Positions 29,659-39,320 are shown, counted from the first letter of the stretch. The stretch is DNA of 64,000 bases from Sphingobacteriales bacterium (GCA_021297855.1 JAJTHM010000055.1:4216-68215); one strand, 5' to 3'. Made by a program: numbers and translations. The notes: generated by a model not told the origin, from the sequence alone.

Positions 29659-31200
29659 TTATTCCCATTCAATGGTAGCTGGAGGTTTAGAACTGATATC
29701 ATAAACCACTCGATTTATACCTTTAGCGTGGTTGATAATTTCATTTGAAATTTTCGCCAGTAATTCATATGGCAAATGTACCCAATCGGCGGTCATTCCA
29801 TCAAGAGAATGCACACAACGCAGCGCTACGACTTGCTCATAAGTGCGCTCATCGCCCATAACGCCGACACTATGCACAGGTAGGAGGATGACTCCGCTCT
29901 GCCATACCTTTTCATACCAGCCACTCTCATGTAGGTTTTTGGTAAAAATAGCATCTGCTTCTTGGAGTAGTTGCACATTTTTCGCATTGACTTCGCCTAT
30001 GATTCGGATACCCAAGCCTGGCCCAGGAAAAGGATGTCGATTTAAAATATGGGGAGGTACGCCTAAATCTGCACCTACTCGACGCACTTCATCTTTGAAA
30101 AGCAATCTAAGCGGTTCTACAATTTTCAATCCTAATTTTTCTGGAAGACCCCCCACATTGTGGTGTGACTTTATGGTAGCACTCGGGCCATTGACCGATA
30201 GGGATTCAATAACATCTGGATAAATGGTCCCCTGAGCAAGGTATTTGGCATTCTCCACTTTTTTGGCCTCCTCTTCAAATACCTCAACAAAAACCCTTCC
30301 GATGGCTTTTCTTTTAGCTTCTGGCTCGGTAATGCCCTTCATCGCTGCGTAGAATTTTTCTGCTGCATTGACTCCGATAATGTTCAACCCGCTTTCTTTG
30401 TAGGAATGAAGTACTTCTTCAAATTCATTTTTGCGCAATAATCCGTTATCTATAAAAATACAGATTAACTGCTTGCCAATAGCTCTATGAAGTAGATAGG
30501 CAGCTACCGAAGAATCGACTCCACCACTCAATCCTAGAATCACATAATCCGTCCCAATTTTTTCTCTAAGTTCAGTTTCCTGCGTTTGAATAAATGACAA
30601 TGTCGTCCATTCTGCATGGCATTGACATGTATCTTTGACAAATCGCTCGATCAATTCTTTACCACATTGGGTATGAGTCACTTCAGGATGAAATTGAACT
30701 CCAATTAAATCATTCTTAAACAATCCTTCATTAGAAGCAAAAGCCGCTACGATGCCATTTTCAGTTTTGGCGATGGTGTGAAAATGAGGACCTACCTCTA
30801 CAATGCTATCGCTATGGCTCATCCAAACCTCTGAATGGTCCTCTACATTTCTAAACATAAGGTGACTATGATCAAATATGACCTTAGCGCGTCCGTATTC
30901 TCGCACTTTACTTTTGGTCACATGACCCCCGTGATTTTTGATAGTATATTGAGCCGAATAGCATACAGCAAACACAGGAACATAATTTGTAATTCCTTCA
31001 ATATCTATTTGTGGACAATTCTCATCCAAAGAAGAATATGGACTACCCGATAGGATAACACCTTTGATAGACTTGTCTGTCCAATCAATCTCTTTGTGGA
31101 AAGGGATGATTTCACAATACACATTTAACTCTCGTACTCTTCTGGCTATCAATTGTGTATACTGCGAACCAAAATCTAAAATCAGTAATTTTTCTGTCAT
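29659..31200 (-). CDS. guaA: GMP synthase (glutamine-hydrolysing)
   Basis: [49 protein letters not shown]. Confidence 0.98.
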   Translation of the reverse strand: MTEKLLILDFGSQYTQLIARRVRELNVYCEIIPFHKEIDWTDKSIKGVILSGSPYSSLDENCPQIDIEGITNYVPVFAVCYSAQYTIKNHGGHVTKSKVREYGRAKVIFDHSHLMFRNVEDHSEVWMSHSDSIVEVGPHFHTIAKTENGIVAAFASNEGLFKNDLIGVQFHPEVTHTQCGKELIERFVKDTCQCHAEWTTLSFIQTQETELREKIGTDYVILGLSGGVDSSVAAYLLHRAIGKQLICIFIDNGLLRKNEFEEVLHSYKESGLNIIGVNAAEKFYAAMKGITEPEAKRKAIGRVFVEVFEEEAKKVENAKYLAQGTIYPDVIESLSVNGPSATIKSHHNVGGLPEKLGLKIVEPLRLLFKDEVRRVGADLGVPPHILNRHPFPGPGLGIRIIGEVNAKNVQLLQEADAIFTKNLHESGWYEKVWQSGVILLPVHSVGVMGDERTYEQVVALRCVHSLDGMTADWVHLPYELLAKISNEIINHAKGINRVVYDISSKPPATIEWE

Positions 31201-31215
31201 TTCTCTATCAATCTA

Positions 31216-31223
31216 CAAATATA
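31216..31223 (-). promoter_or_regulatory. -7 element (TATATTTG) for guaA
   Basis: TAnnTTTG 15 nt upstream of the guaA ATG. Confidence 0.6.
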
Positions 31224-31286
31224 CATTCTCCCGCTTTTTAGCTTTGATTTTTGTTTAGAATTTTAAATTTTCAAAACAATATTTAT

Positions 31287-31450
31287 GCGAGTGCGCTTTC
31301 TGACCACAAAACAATTTACAGATTCCTGCATTCTGACGCTTAGGTCAACACAGGTTAACAGAAACGAGGCTTCTGACCATCAGCTGCCGCCTCTGTCGGA
31401 TGAAGCGCAGCCCTGACTGCCTAACGGGCAGCGGAATTCAGCCAACTCGT
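31287..31450. other. GC-rich structured intergenic element (ncRNA, REP-like repeat or sORF; unresolved)
   Basis: Complementary ends GCGAGT/ACTCGT, an internal CTGCCT-AAC-GGGCAG hairpin and four CTGAC copies, set in AT-rich flanks. Confidence 0.35.
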
Positions 31451-31553
31451 TATTATTGGTAAAAACAAGCCCTTGCATAATTTATTTGAATTGATTTCAA
31501 TTGAGTAAGCATATAGACATTTAATTTTACCTTTGATTTCTTATCTTTGCCCA

Positions 31554-33953
31554 ATGAGCACGACACAAGTAAATAGCAGAAAAGAAATCTCATTCGAAGA
31601 GTTTAAAAAAGAAATATTGGCTGACTATCAGCTGGCATGGGAAAGCCGACATTTCAGTACGATAGGCAGAAAAGAAGTATTGACAGGTAAGGCCAAATTT
31701 GGAATTTTCGGTGCTGGGAAGGAATTAGCCCAGATAGCTCTCGCCAAATATTTTCAAAATGGCGACTATAGAACAGGGTATTATCGCGACCAAACGATCG
31801 CTTTGGCTTCAGGGAATGTAACCTTAAAGCAACTTTTCGCTCAATTATATGCCCATGCTAATGTAGCTCATGATCCTATGTCTGCAGGTAGAATGATGAA
31901 TGCGCACTATGCTACGCGTATGCTCGACGAAAATGGAGATTGGAAAAATCTCATGGAGATGAAAAATATGCCTGCTGACCTCTCCCCTACGGCTGCTCAA
32001 TCCTTAAAAGCGATAGGTCTAGCACTTGGCTCCAAACTTTATAGAAATAATAAAGAAATTCAAGATAAAACGACCTTTTCAAACAATGGTAATGAAGTTA
32101 CATTCTGTACCATTGGGGATGCCTCGACGAGCGAAGGAATTTTCTGGGAATCCGTCAATGCTGCTTGCGTCATGCAAGTTCCTCTTATATTCAATGTTTG
32201 GGATGATGGCTATGGCATATCAGTACCTCAAAAATATCAGACTGCCAAGCAATCTATATCCCAAGCGATGAGTGGGATGAAGACAGATAGCCATTCTGTA
32301 GGCATGAATATCTTTACTGTTAAAGGTTGGGACTACCCTTCTTTAGTCAGCACCTATAAAACAGCTGTAGAGGCTACGCGGAAATCTCATTCACCTGCCT
32401 TGGTGCACGTCACGGAGGTCACACAACCACAAGGGCACTCCACGTCGGGCTCTCACGAGCGCTATAAAAGCCCCGAACGCATGCAGTGGGAGCAGGATTT
32501 CGATTGTCTAGTTCATTTTAAAAACTGGATTATCGCGAATAAAATAACGGACGAAACTCACTTAGCTGAAATTGAAAAAGAGGCACTAGAAAAAGTACAG
32601 ACGGCTAAAACAGAAGCATACGAAGCCTATTTACAAGAAATAGTGCAACTAAAAGATGAAGTGAGACCATTTGTTGATTTACTTAAGTCTAGTTCAAGTC
32701 AAGCAGGAGCTATAGAAGAACAAGTGCAAATTATCGAATCTAAAAATACCATATACAAGCGTGAAGTTTTAAAAGCAGTGCATACGATTCTGAGTTTAAC
32801 TGAAAAGGAAGAGCTCGCTGCATATGAAAATTTAAAGTCATGGTACTATGATGTCGTGCGCGCAGAAGAAAAAGTATATGGCTCACATTTACATAGTCAG
32901 AGTAAAGAAAATGCATTAAATGTAAAAGAGATAAAACCAGATTATAGCGATGCTACAGAAAAGTCTGGTCATGAAATTATCAATCATTATTTTGATCAAC
33001 TATTTGCTATTAGACCTGAAATGGTCGCCTTTGGAGAAGATGTAGGAAAAATTGGGGATGTAAATCAAGGGTTTGCAGGCTTACAGGATAAATACGGAGA
33101 AAATCGGATTTTCGATTCAGGTATTCGAGAAGCTACTATCATAGGACAAGGACAAGGGCTGAGTATGAGAGGCTTGAGACCAATCGCAGAAATTCAATAT
33201 CTAGATTATTTACTGTATGGATTGATGCCACTGAGTGATGATGTAGCCACCCTTCAATACAGAACCTGCGGTGGACAAAAATCACCGGTGATTGTGCGCA
33301 CACGAGGACATCGATTGGAAGGTATATGGCATTCGGGAAGTCCTATGGGTATGATTTTGCATTCACTGAGAGGTATGTACGTATGTGTACCTAGAAATCT
33401 GACTCAGGCTGCAGGTATGTATCAAACGCTTGTGCAGAGTGATGAACCAGCGCTCGTCATAGAACCCCTCAATGGCTACAGATACAAAGAACTGATGCCA
33501 AATAATCTAGGAGAATTTACCCTTCCTCTGGGAAAAGTAGAAATATTAAATGAAGGAACAGATATCACTATGGTGAGCTATGGTTCTACGATTCGCATCT
33601 GTCAAGATGCCATAGAAAAACTGAAAGCAAGAGGTATTTCAGTAGAACTCATCGATGTGCAAACTTTATTGCCTTTTGATCTTTCTCAAGATATTGTTTT
33701 CTCTCTTAAAAATACGAATCGTTTGATTATAGTAGATGAAGATGTGCCTGGAGGTGCTTCGGCCTTTATACTACAAGAGATATTAGAAAAACAAAAGGGT
33801 TATCAATATCTAGACTCTGCGCCTAAAACCATCACCGCTAAACCGAATAGACCTGCCTATGGAACGGATGGCGATTATTTCTCCAAACCCAATGCAGAGG
33901 AAATCTACGATGCAGTGCTAGCTATGATGAAAGAAGTGAAACCAAATCTGTAA
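31554..33953 (+). CDS. Fused E1 alpha/beta 2-oxoacid dehydrogenase (TPP-dependent, branched-chain type)
   Basis: GDASTSEG TPP motif, GHSTSGSHERYK, FGEDVG, AEIQYLDY. Start moved to the ATG at 31554, just after TATCTTTG (31542-31549). Confidence 0.92.
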   Translation: MSTTQVNSRKEISFEEFKKEILADYQLAWESRHFSTIGRKEVLTGKAKFGIFGAGKELAQIALAKYFQNGDYRTGYYRDQTIALASGNVTLKQLFAQLYAHANVAHDPMSAGRMMNAHYATRMLDENGDWKNLMEMKNMPADLSPTAAQSLKAIGLALGSKLYRNNKEIQDKTTFSNNGNEVTFCTIGDASTSEGIFWESVNAACVMQVPLIFNVWDDGYGISVPQKYQTAKQSISQAMSGMKTDSHSVGMNIFTVKGWDYPSLVSTYKTAVEATRKSHSPALVHVTEVTQPQGHSTSGSHERYKSPERMQWEQDFDCLVHFKNWIIANKITDETHLAEIEKEALEKVQTAKTEAYEAYLQEIVQLKDEVRPFVDLLKSSSSQAGAIEEQVQIIESKNTIYKREVLKAVHTILSLTEKEELAAYENLKSWYYDVVRAEEKVYGSHLHSQSKENALNVKEIKPDYSDATEKSGHEIINHYFDQLFAIRPEMVAFGEDVGKIGDVNQGFAGLQDKYGENRIFDSGIREATIIGQGQGLSMRGLRPIAEIQYLDYLLYGLMPLSDDVATLQYRTCGGQKSPVIVRTRGHRLEGIWHSGSPMGMILHSLRGMYVCVPRNLTQAAGMYQTLVQSDEPALVIEPLNGYRYKELMPNNLGEFTLPLGKVEILNEGTDITMVSYGSTIRICQDAIEKLKARGISVELIDVQTLLPFDLSQDIVFSLKNTNRLIIVDEDVPGGASAFILQEILEKQKGYQYLDSAPKTITAKPNRPAYGTDGDYFSKPNAEEIYDAVLAMMKEVKPNL

Positions 33954-34157
33954 TGGTTCGAAGTGTACTCAGTGATTCTTGGAATAAGTATTGTAAATTG
34001 AAAATTTACTAACACTAAGACGAAGAGACTTCGCCTAACAAGGAAAGAAGGAAAAGATTATATCCGCAATAATCCCAGAAGAAGAGAAGGGTGCTATAAT
34101 CAATAGTTACTGAAATTATTTTTTAGGACATTGATTTTTTAAATTATATTTGTTCTA

Positions 34158-34240
34158 GTTATTCCCGTATTTATTACGGGATTAGTTTTGTTTTCATAGT
34201 ATTCTGGAGTTCGGTTTCCCCTACCGAACTCCTTTTTTTT
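34158..34240 (+). ncRNA. Candidate stand-alone small RNA (~80 nt)
   Basis: TATATTTG at 34145-34152; 5' hairpin TCCCGTA/TACGGGA; single-stranded TTTTGTTTTCATAGT; terminator GGAGTTCGGT/ACCGAACTCC + T8. Confidence 0.5.
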
Positions 34241-34244
34241 GCAT

Positions 34245-34276
34245 AAAAAAAGCCTAGTGTAGACCCACTAGGCTTT
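34245..34276 (-). terminator. Intrinsic terminator of the minus-strand secreted operon
   Basis: AAAGCCTAGTG/CACTAGGCTTT stem with a T7 tail on the minus strand. Confidence 0.8.
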
Positions 34277-34301
34277 ACCTAAGAAAAAATCACGTTAAAA
34301 T

Positions 34302-35234
34302 CTACCTTATTAGTCTAATCTTTTCAATATTTCCATCTGACTTATAAAGCCAAAGATAATAATTACCCCGACTTCTTAGCTCTGAGCCAAAATGTATAAA
34401 TTCAGGTTTAATCCACGTCGATAGCTTCTGCCCTATGTCATTATAAACTTCTACCTGCAAAATTCTAGTCTCGCTATTAATTTTAAAAATAGAGTTATCT
34501 GAAATTGGGTTATGGAAATTAAGGATTGTTGAAGGTGAATTAACGGAGCTGATAGAATTAGTATTCACGACTACATCTATACCATCTGATGCTTTACAGC
34601 CAAAAGAATCCACAGCATAACTCATGTAAAAAATGCTGCTCGACACATATGTTCTGGGATTAACTGAATTTGTATCTATAAGTGACTTATTAGGTGACCA
34701 GGAATAACGAACGGGTGATTTGCCCTTTTTTATATTACTTGAAATCTGAATAGTATCGTATTTAGACTTATAGAAATGGGAAACCGCTGTATAAACATAT
34801 TGAGAATATGACACTAGAAGAGAGTCTCTTGATTTATTACCTACACTATCTGTAACTTCAAGAACAACATAAAATAAGTCCTTATTTAAACTACCAAAAT
34901 AAGGATTGGTTATTTCGAAAATCGTAAGTTTAGGATTGGCATCGGTAGTGTCATTTAAGATATCCTTTGCATATAAAAATGGCTTAGATTGTAAACTAGT
35001 CTTAAACTCAAATTTCCATGCATATTTATATGGTTTTATCCCACCTATAGCAGAGGGGTTTCCCCCAAGATAGAAGTTCTTGTTTAAACTTATAGGGGCT
35101 GGTATTTTTTTACCTAAACTATCACACAAATATAAATCACTACCTGCATCTGCAGTTAATTGTGATAGCAAACATTTACTTGAAAGCAAGAAAATAAAAA
35201 GTCCAGTTCTAAATACTATTGGCATCATATTCAA
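34302..35234 (-). CDS. Secreted protein with Ig-like segments and a degenerate T9SS type A C-terminal domain
   Basis: Signal peptide, ADAGSD, GGIKPYKYAW, YSWSP; C-terminal NP...VYNDIGQ...GNYYLWL. Alternative ATG at 35228. Confidence 0.7.
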   Translation of the reverse strand: MNMMPIVFRTGLFIFLLSSKCLLSQLTADAGSDLYLCDSLGKKIPAPISLNKNFYLGGNPSAIGGIKPYKYAWKFEFKTSLQSKPFLYAKDILNDTTDANPKLTIFEITNPYFGSLNKDLFYVVLEVTDSVGNKSRDSLLVSYSQYVYTAVSHFYKSKYDTIQISSNIKKGKSPVRYSWSPNKSLIDTNSVNPRTYVSSSIFYMSYAVDSFGCKASDGIDVVVNTNSISSVNSPSTILNFHNPISDNSIFKINSETRILQVEVYNDIGQKLSTWIKPEFIHFGSELRSRGNYYLWLYKSDGNIEKIRLIR

Positions 35235-35245
35235 TAAAATTTAAG

Positions 35246-35277
35246 AATGTAGGTATTCAACATTGAATACCTACATT
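35246..35277. terminator. Intra-operon perfect hairpin (attenuator or stabiliser)
   Basis: AATGTAGGTATTCAA-CA-TTGAATACCTACATT, a 15-bp perfect inverted repeat between the S8 gene and the downstream gene. Confidence 0.6.
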
Positions 35278-35284
35278 TTGTGAA

Positions 35285-36919
35285 TTAAAAACAAGGAGAG
35301 TCTCTTACTATTATTTCAAAACTACTTCCAGAATGCACTTCAAAGCCATCATGGAGTTCAGTTCCTCTGAAGGATTCATATTTTACATTTGACCCGTTAG
35401 GAATAATTACGTTACCCTGAGTGCCTCCAGTAACATTTCTGCCTGCCACTATTAGAGTATTTCCCCAGATAGTAGTGTTTCCTGAAGAATATTTTGTAGA
35501 TCCAGATGAAAGCCTATTCTGTTGAAAATTAGTTCCTAGCCTCATTGCTTCTTTCAATGCTTCAAAGGCATCTATACGTCCTGTACCTAATCTCCCTGCA
35601 AACTGGGTGTTAAGATTAATACTATAAATAGAGTTATTTGCAGTACTTTTTACAATGTTAAAAATTTGTCTAGCTGTTAGACATGGGTTTGTAGATGCAA
35701 TTAAGGCGCAAAGTCCAGCCGTCATTGGCGAGGCATATGAAGTTCCAGAGCTTGGACGATATCCACCATTTAGTGCATTTATAGTTGTTAAGGCTACTAA
35801 GTATCCTGGGGCGCAAACATCCACTCTTGAATTGTGCATATGAGATTGCCCATTTCTAAAACCCGTTAAGTGAACATCTCGCCAACTAATCTCTTCTCTC
35901 CACCCCGCATATCTATTAGGAGATCCAGGTGCTTCCATATGACCAACTGAGGTTACACATAATACATTATCTAACGCTGATGGCCATACCCAAGAAGTGT
36001 CCATTCCAGGCAGTCCACCACCACCACCCCATAATGAACCATTGCCAGCTGCTGCTACAAATACTACATTATTACTATCAACAATTTCATTTACAACTGC
36101 ATTTGAAATTAATGGAAATCGCATAGATGCTGTATCCATCCTACCTCCCCAGCTTGCATTAACTGCTCTAACGCCAGGGTGTTGAGACATACGTAACAGA
36201 CCATCCAAACCAAGTGTAGTTCTAGTATCAACGAAAACTAATTTACAATTCCCTCCAGTAATGGAAGCAATACCTTTGCCATTATTCGATCTACCAACAG
36301 CCATACCTGAAACTTCTGTACCATGATTATCTTGAGCCCCATTTGCATATATTGCATCAATCACCCCAGAATAATCTTCATGATTTTGCTCTATGTGCCA
36401 ATCTTCAACACCGACTTTAATTCGATGGTCTCCTTTGGAAATATTCCAAGCCTCTCCTGCTCTTATCAAATTTAACTGAGTATTCACACATATCGTTGAA
36501 GTTTGACTTGAAGTTGGAGTTAATGAATCAGATCTATTTGTACAAGTGTAGTAGTCATTAGAATAGGCTGGTACTTTATTCGGGATTTTTTCAGCAAATT
36601 CAAAATGAGTTCCATATGCGTTAAGCAATGTCTGTAGATTTGAAGTTGTAGAACGAATAAAAATTACTTTTTTTAGCAAAGGAGTTTTTACTATTGGAAA
36701 TGCTCTTTGTGTTATTGTAACAGTGTTGTTAATATTATTGTAAAGACTAGATGCTCCGTATATGCCATTAATGTAAGTTAATAGGTTTGATTTATTAAAA
36801 TTAGTAGGGACAACTGAATAATTCTTCAACACTACATAATAATCATGAGTGTTTTGACCAAACAAGGATATTGATATGGTAAGAAAAAAAGCAATTATTA
36901 ATTTGTTAAAATTTCTCAT
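35285..36919 (-). CDS. S8 (subtilisin) serine protease with a C-terminal '3-coathanger stack'-like domain
   Basis: Triad VGVED / HGTEVSG / SGTSYASP, oxyanion AAAGNG; tail GNVIIPNGSNV...ELHDGFEVHSGSSFEI. Confidence 0.88.
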   Translation of the reverse strand: MRNFNKLIIAFFLTISISLFGQNTHDYYVVLKNYSVVPTNFNKSNLLTYINGIYGASSLYNNINNTVTITQRAFPIVKTPLLKKVIFIRSTTSNLQTLLNAYGTHFEFAEKIPNKVPAYSNDYYTCTNRSDSLTPTSSQTSTICVNTQLNLIRAGEAWNISKGDHRIKVGVEDWHIEQNHEDYSGVIDAIYANGAQDNHGTEVSGMAVGRSNNGKGIASITGGNCKLVFVDTRTTLGLDGLLRMSQHPGVRAVNASWGGRMDTASMRFPLISNAVVNEIVDSNNVVFVAAAGNGSLWGGGGGLPGMDTSWVWPSALDNVLCVTSVGHMEAPGSPNRYAGWREEISWRDVHLTGFRNGQSHMHNSRVDVCAPGYLVALTTINALNGGYRPSSGTSYASPMTAGLCALIASTNPCLTARQIFNIVKSTANNSIYSINLNTQFAGRLGTGRIDAFEALKEAMRLGTNFQQNRLSSGSTKYSSGNTTIWGNTLIVAGRNVTGGTQGNVIIPNGSNVKYESFRGTELHDGFEVHSGSSFEIIVRDSPCF

Positions 36920-36923
36920 AAAA

Positions 36924-38018
36924 TCAATTTTCTTTTAAAAACATTTTTGAATCCTTTATACTACCATTGATCTTGAGTGTATAGATATAATATCCTGGTG
37001 ACAAGTTACTACCATTATACTCAGTACTGCCTATACCAGTGCCATCGTTTAATACAATAGTAGACTGAAGCGTCCCCATTATATTGCGCACCTCAATTGT
37101 TGCAGAAGTAACAGGTGTGCTTTCATCTATAAAATAGGTGATTGTAGTAGTGCCATCAAAGGGATTGGGATTATTTTGAAATAATCTAGATCTTGACTGC
37201 CCTATAGTGTCAATTGAGCGACCTTGCCAATTGATGATTTCTTGGCGCAGTTGTGCAATTTCAAGTCGTTGGCTGTCTATAATCTTTTGTTGGTCTTGGA
37301 TTCCACGCACAATTATAGGGATAAATTCAATATAATTAACAGCTTCACTATTTCCTATTCCAGATACTAAATTTGGGAACAATCTTGAAATTGCCTGTGC
37401 TGTAAATCCAAAATGTAAACTTGTATCATTATTTGGGTTTAAGCTATATGATTTGCCAGTAACAGAGGAATCGAGTATCGCCGTATCTACATCATAGCCA
37501 CCAATATTGAAGTTTTGTTTATAATTATACTTTAAAGGAACTAATTGTAATAGTTTAGACAATGTGTTTTCAGGTAAATTGGTCATATTTTCCTTTGCAG
37601 CAGAATCAGAATGAGTAAAATAATTACCCCCTATAGCCACTACATTTCCATGAACTTGAAGTTTGAAATTTTGTACCTGATATTGAAACGGCCACGTTCC
37701 AGCAGTTTTCTGAAACCAAGGATTTGCAGGATTGCCTATACTGACGTGTCCATAATCTGAAATATGCAGTTTGAAATTTCCGCTATTAAATGAAGGCCAA
37801 GGTTTCCAAAAATTTAGTCCTGAGGCATAATGCTCTATTCCCCATTGACTTTGATTTGAAGCAGGGCTGCTTGAATTAAACCCAAGACCTAGCCAGCGAT
37901 AGTTTTGATATCCAATCTGAGTACTTCCACCACTAACACGGAATATTCCTTGGGCACTTATATTTAAAGTCATAATACTTAAAATGACCAAAACTATTTT
38001 TATTGATTTTTTTTTCAT
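36924..38018 (-). CDS. Peptidase S74 (intramolecular chaperone) domain protein with T9SS type A C-terminal domain
   Basis: SDSAAKENM, L..L.P..Y, HFGFTAQ...FP.LV and VNYIEFIP...GIQ.QQ coiled coil; CTD LFQNNPNPF...GYYIYTL. Confidence 0.85.
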   Translation of the reverse strand: MKKKSIKIVLVILSIMTLNISAQGIFRVSGGSTQIGYQNYRWLGLGFNSSSPASNQSQWGIEHYASGLNFWKPWPSFNSGNFKLHISDYGHVSIGNPANPWFQKTAGTWPFQYQVQNFKLQVHGNVVAIGGNYFTHSDSAAKENMTNLPENTLSKLLQLVPLKYNYKQNFNIGGYDVDTAILDSSVTGKSYSLNPNNDTSLHFGFTAQAISRLFPNLVSGIGNSEAVNYIEFIPIIVRGIQDQQKIIDSQRLEIAQLRQEIINWQGRSIDTIGQSRSRLFQNNPNPFDGTTTITYFIDESTPVTSATIEVRNIMGTLQSTIVLNDGTGIGSTEYNGSNLSPGYYIYTLKINGSIKDSKMFLKEN

Positions 38019-38190
38019 TTGTCTTTTTATTTAAGTGAATTTCATTTGATTTACTTTGCTCAGGCATTCAAGCCTAAGGCTTGTATTTGAAAACTTTGTT
38101 TTAAAGTACCTCATATCGATCTTGCATCGTATGATTGAATAACTAATGCTCCAAGTCCAAGGTTTAAACGTGAATAAAAAATATAAAGAA

Positions 38191-38339
38191 GGGTGTGGAG
38201 CCTGTTGCTTATTTACTAACGCCGTACTCGGTACTGGAAACCTACAAGGAAATTATTAAACAAGCAAAGGACACACCCAAAGGGTGTGGTCTCTGCCCGT
38301 CTCCTCTCTTCCTTGTTTAAAATTTCCAGTTTTAGTACG
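38191..38339 (-). promoter_or_regulatory. Candidate structured 5' leader RNA with two mutually exclusive folds
   Basis: Nested stems CGTACT/AGTACG, ACTGGAAA/TTTCCAGT, ACAAGGAA/TTCCTTGT and CACACCC/GGGTGTG; an alternative helix pairs 38191-38214 with 38257-38278; minus-strand TATATTTG at 38458-38465. Confidence 0.6.
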
Positions 38340-38519
38340 ATGAGAAGAAATAGCGTGACCGCTTTATATTTTTACGTTTTTTATCTAGGCTGTCATCTGT
38401 ATCATTGTTTTAGTTTTGAATTGATATTTGTTCTAGTACAACATAAATTAGATATGACAAATATACTAAAAGGTGTGTAATATTCTATCAAAAAAGAAAA
38501 AACTTATCATTTTGCCCTC

Positions 38520-38689
38520 CGAGGTGGTTCGTTTAGCTTAGTGCATTAAAGTTTTAGCATAAAAAGCTAAAATCTTATCAAATTTGTCTAAAGATTTATA
38601 CATATAATCTATACGCTTTGGCGATTTTGTCTAAACTTTTAGATAGAATTATTAACGCTTTAGCTTCGGTCGCTAAAACGACCACCTCG
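38520..38689. repeat. 18-bp inverted repeats enclosing CTAAAnnTTTAG-like palindromes at 21-bp spacing
   Basis: CGAGGTGGTTCGTTTAGC (38520-38537) / GCTAAAACGACCACCTCG (38672-38689); units start at 38525, 38546, 38567, 38588, 38609, 38631, 38652 and 38673. Confidence 0.8.
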
Positions 38690-38820
38690 ACACCTAAAGG
38701 CTAGGCACTGCTGCTAGTTTAGCGCATTTTATCACTAAGAATTTTTAACTATAATATTTGAGGAATATCCTACGTTATAGTCTTGATAATAAATTTCATA
38801 ACCACTTAAATTTTTGGACT

Positions 38821-39297
38821 ATGCCATTAAACAATTTAGGTAAGACACACATTACCGCTGCACAGATTACAGACTTTGACAAAGCCTTGGACGATCTCAT
38901 TACCATAGCTACCGCTATCACTCAAAACCTCACGGATGAAGAACGCAGTCGATACGGGAGTATCAATGAAAAGAACAAGCTTCTAGTCAATGGTACGATG
39001 GATTTTCATAAGAATCAGCCCAATCTCGAAAGTCCAGACATTGACTGGACGGAATTTGAAGCAGACTATGCAGATAGACAATTTGCAGATACGAGAGCAG
39101 ATAAGATTCAAAGCTTGTTGCGTCTAATCACAGATTTCAAGATAGTACATGATTATGACAACTACCACGATGCCCTAACAGATTATGACTATACGAAATA
39201 TAAAGCAGGTACCAATACCGCAGGATTTTCAGAAAAACAAAACTATCTCAAACAATTTTTTCCCAATACCGGTAATACTACACCTCCTGTGGAGTAG
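38821..39297 (+). CDS. Hypothetical alpha-helical protein (158 aa)
   Basis: The ATG at 38821 (MPLNNLGKTH) follows an AT-rich initiation region. The sequence (NLTDEERSRYGSINEKNKL, DWTEF, HDYDNY, YKAGT) looks like a recurrent Bacteroidota hypothetical family; this is from memory, not searched. Confidence 0.8.
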   Translation: MPLNNLGKTHITAAQITDFDKALDDLITIATAITQNLTDEERSRYGSINEKNKLLVNGTMDFHKNQPNLESPDIDWTEFEADYADRQFADTRADKIQSLLRLITDFKIVHDYDNYHDALTDYDYTKYKAGTNTAGFSEKQNYLKQFFPNTGNTTPPVE

Positions 39298-39320
39298 CTA
39301 TAATATAAGTTTTTAAGGGT

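Noticed and set aside
29843-31258. Plus-strand ORFs inside guaA
   Set aside because: Antisense shadows.
31287-31450. Purine, ZTP, PRPP or cobalamin riboswitch, SRP RNA, or hammerhead ribozyme upstream of guaA
   Set aside because: Core consensus motifs were not found, and guaA has its own promoter element downstream of this region.
38286-38480. 64-aa plus-strand ORF
   Set aside because: Overlaps the structured leader on the opposite strand and has no protein-like features.
38520-38689. CRISPR mini-array
   Set aside because: Units are degenerate 12-mers with about 9-nt linkers, far too short for CRISPR, and no cas genes are present.
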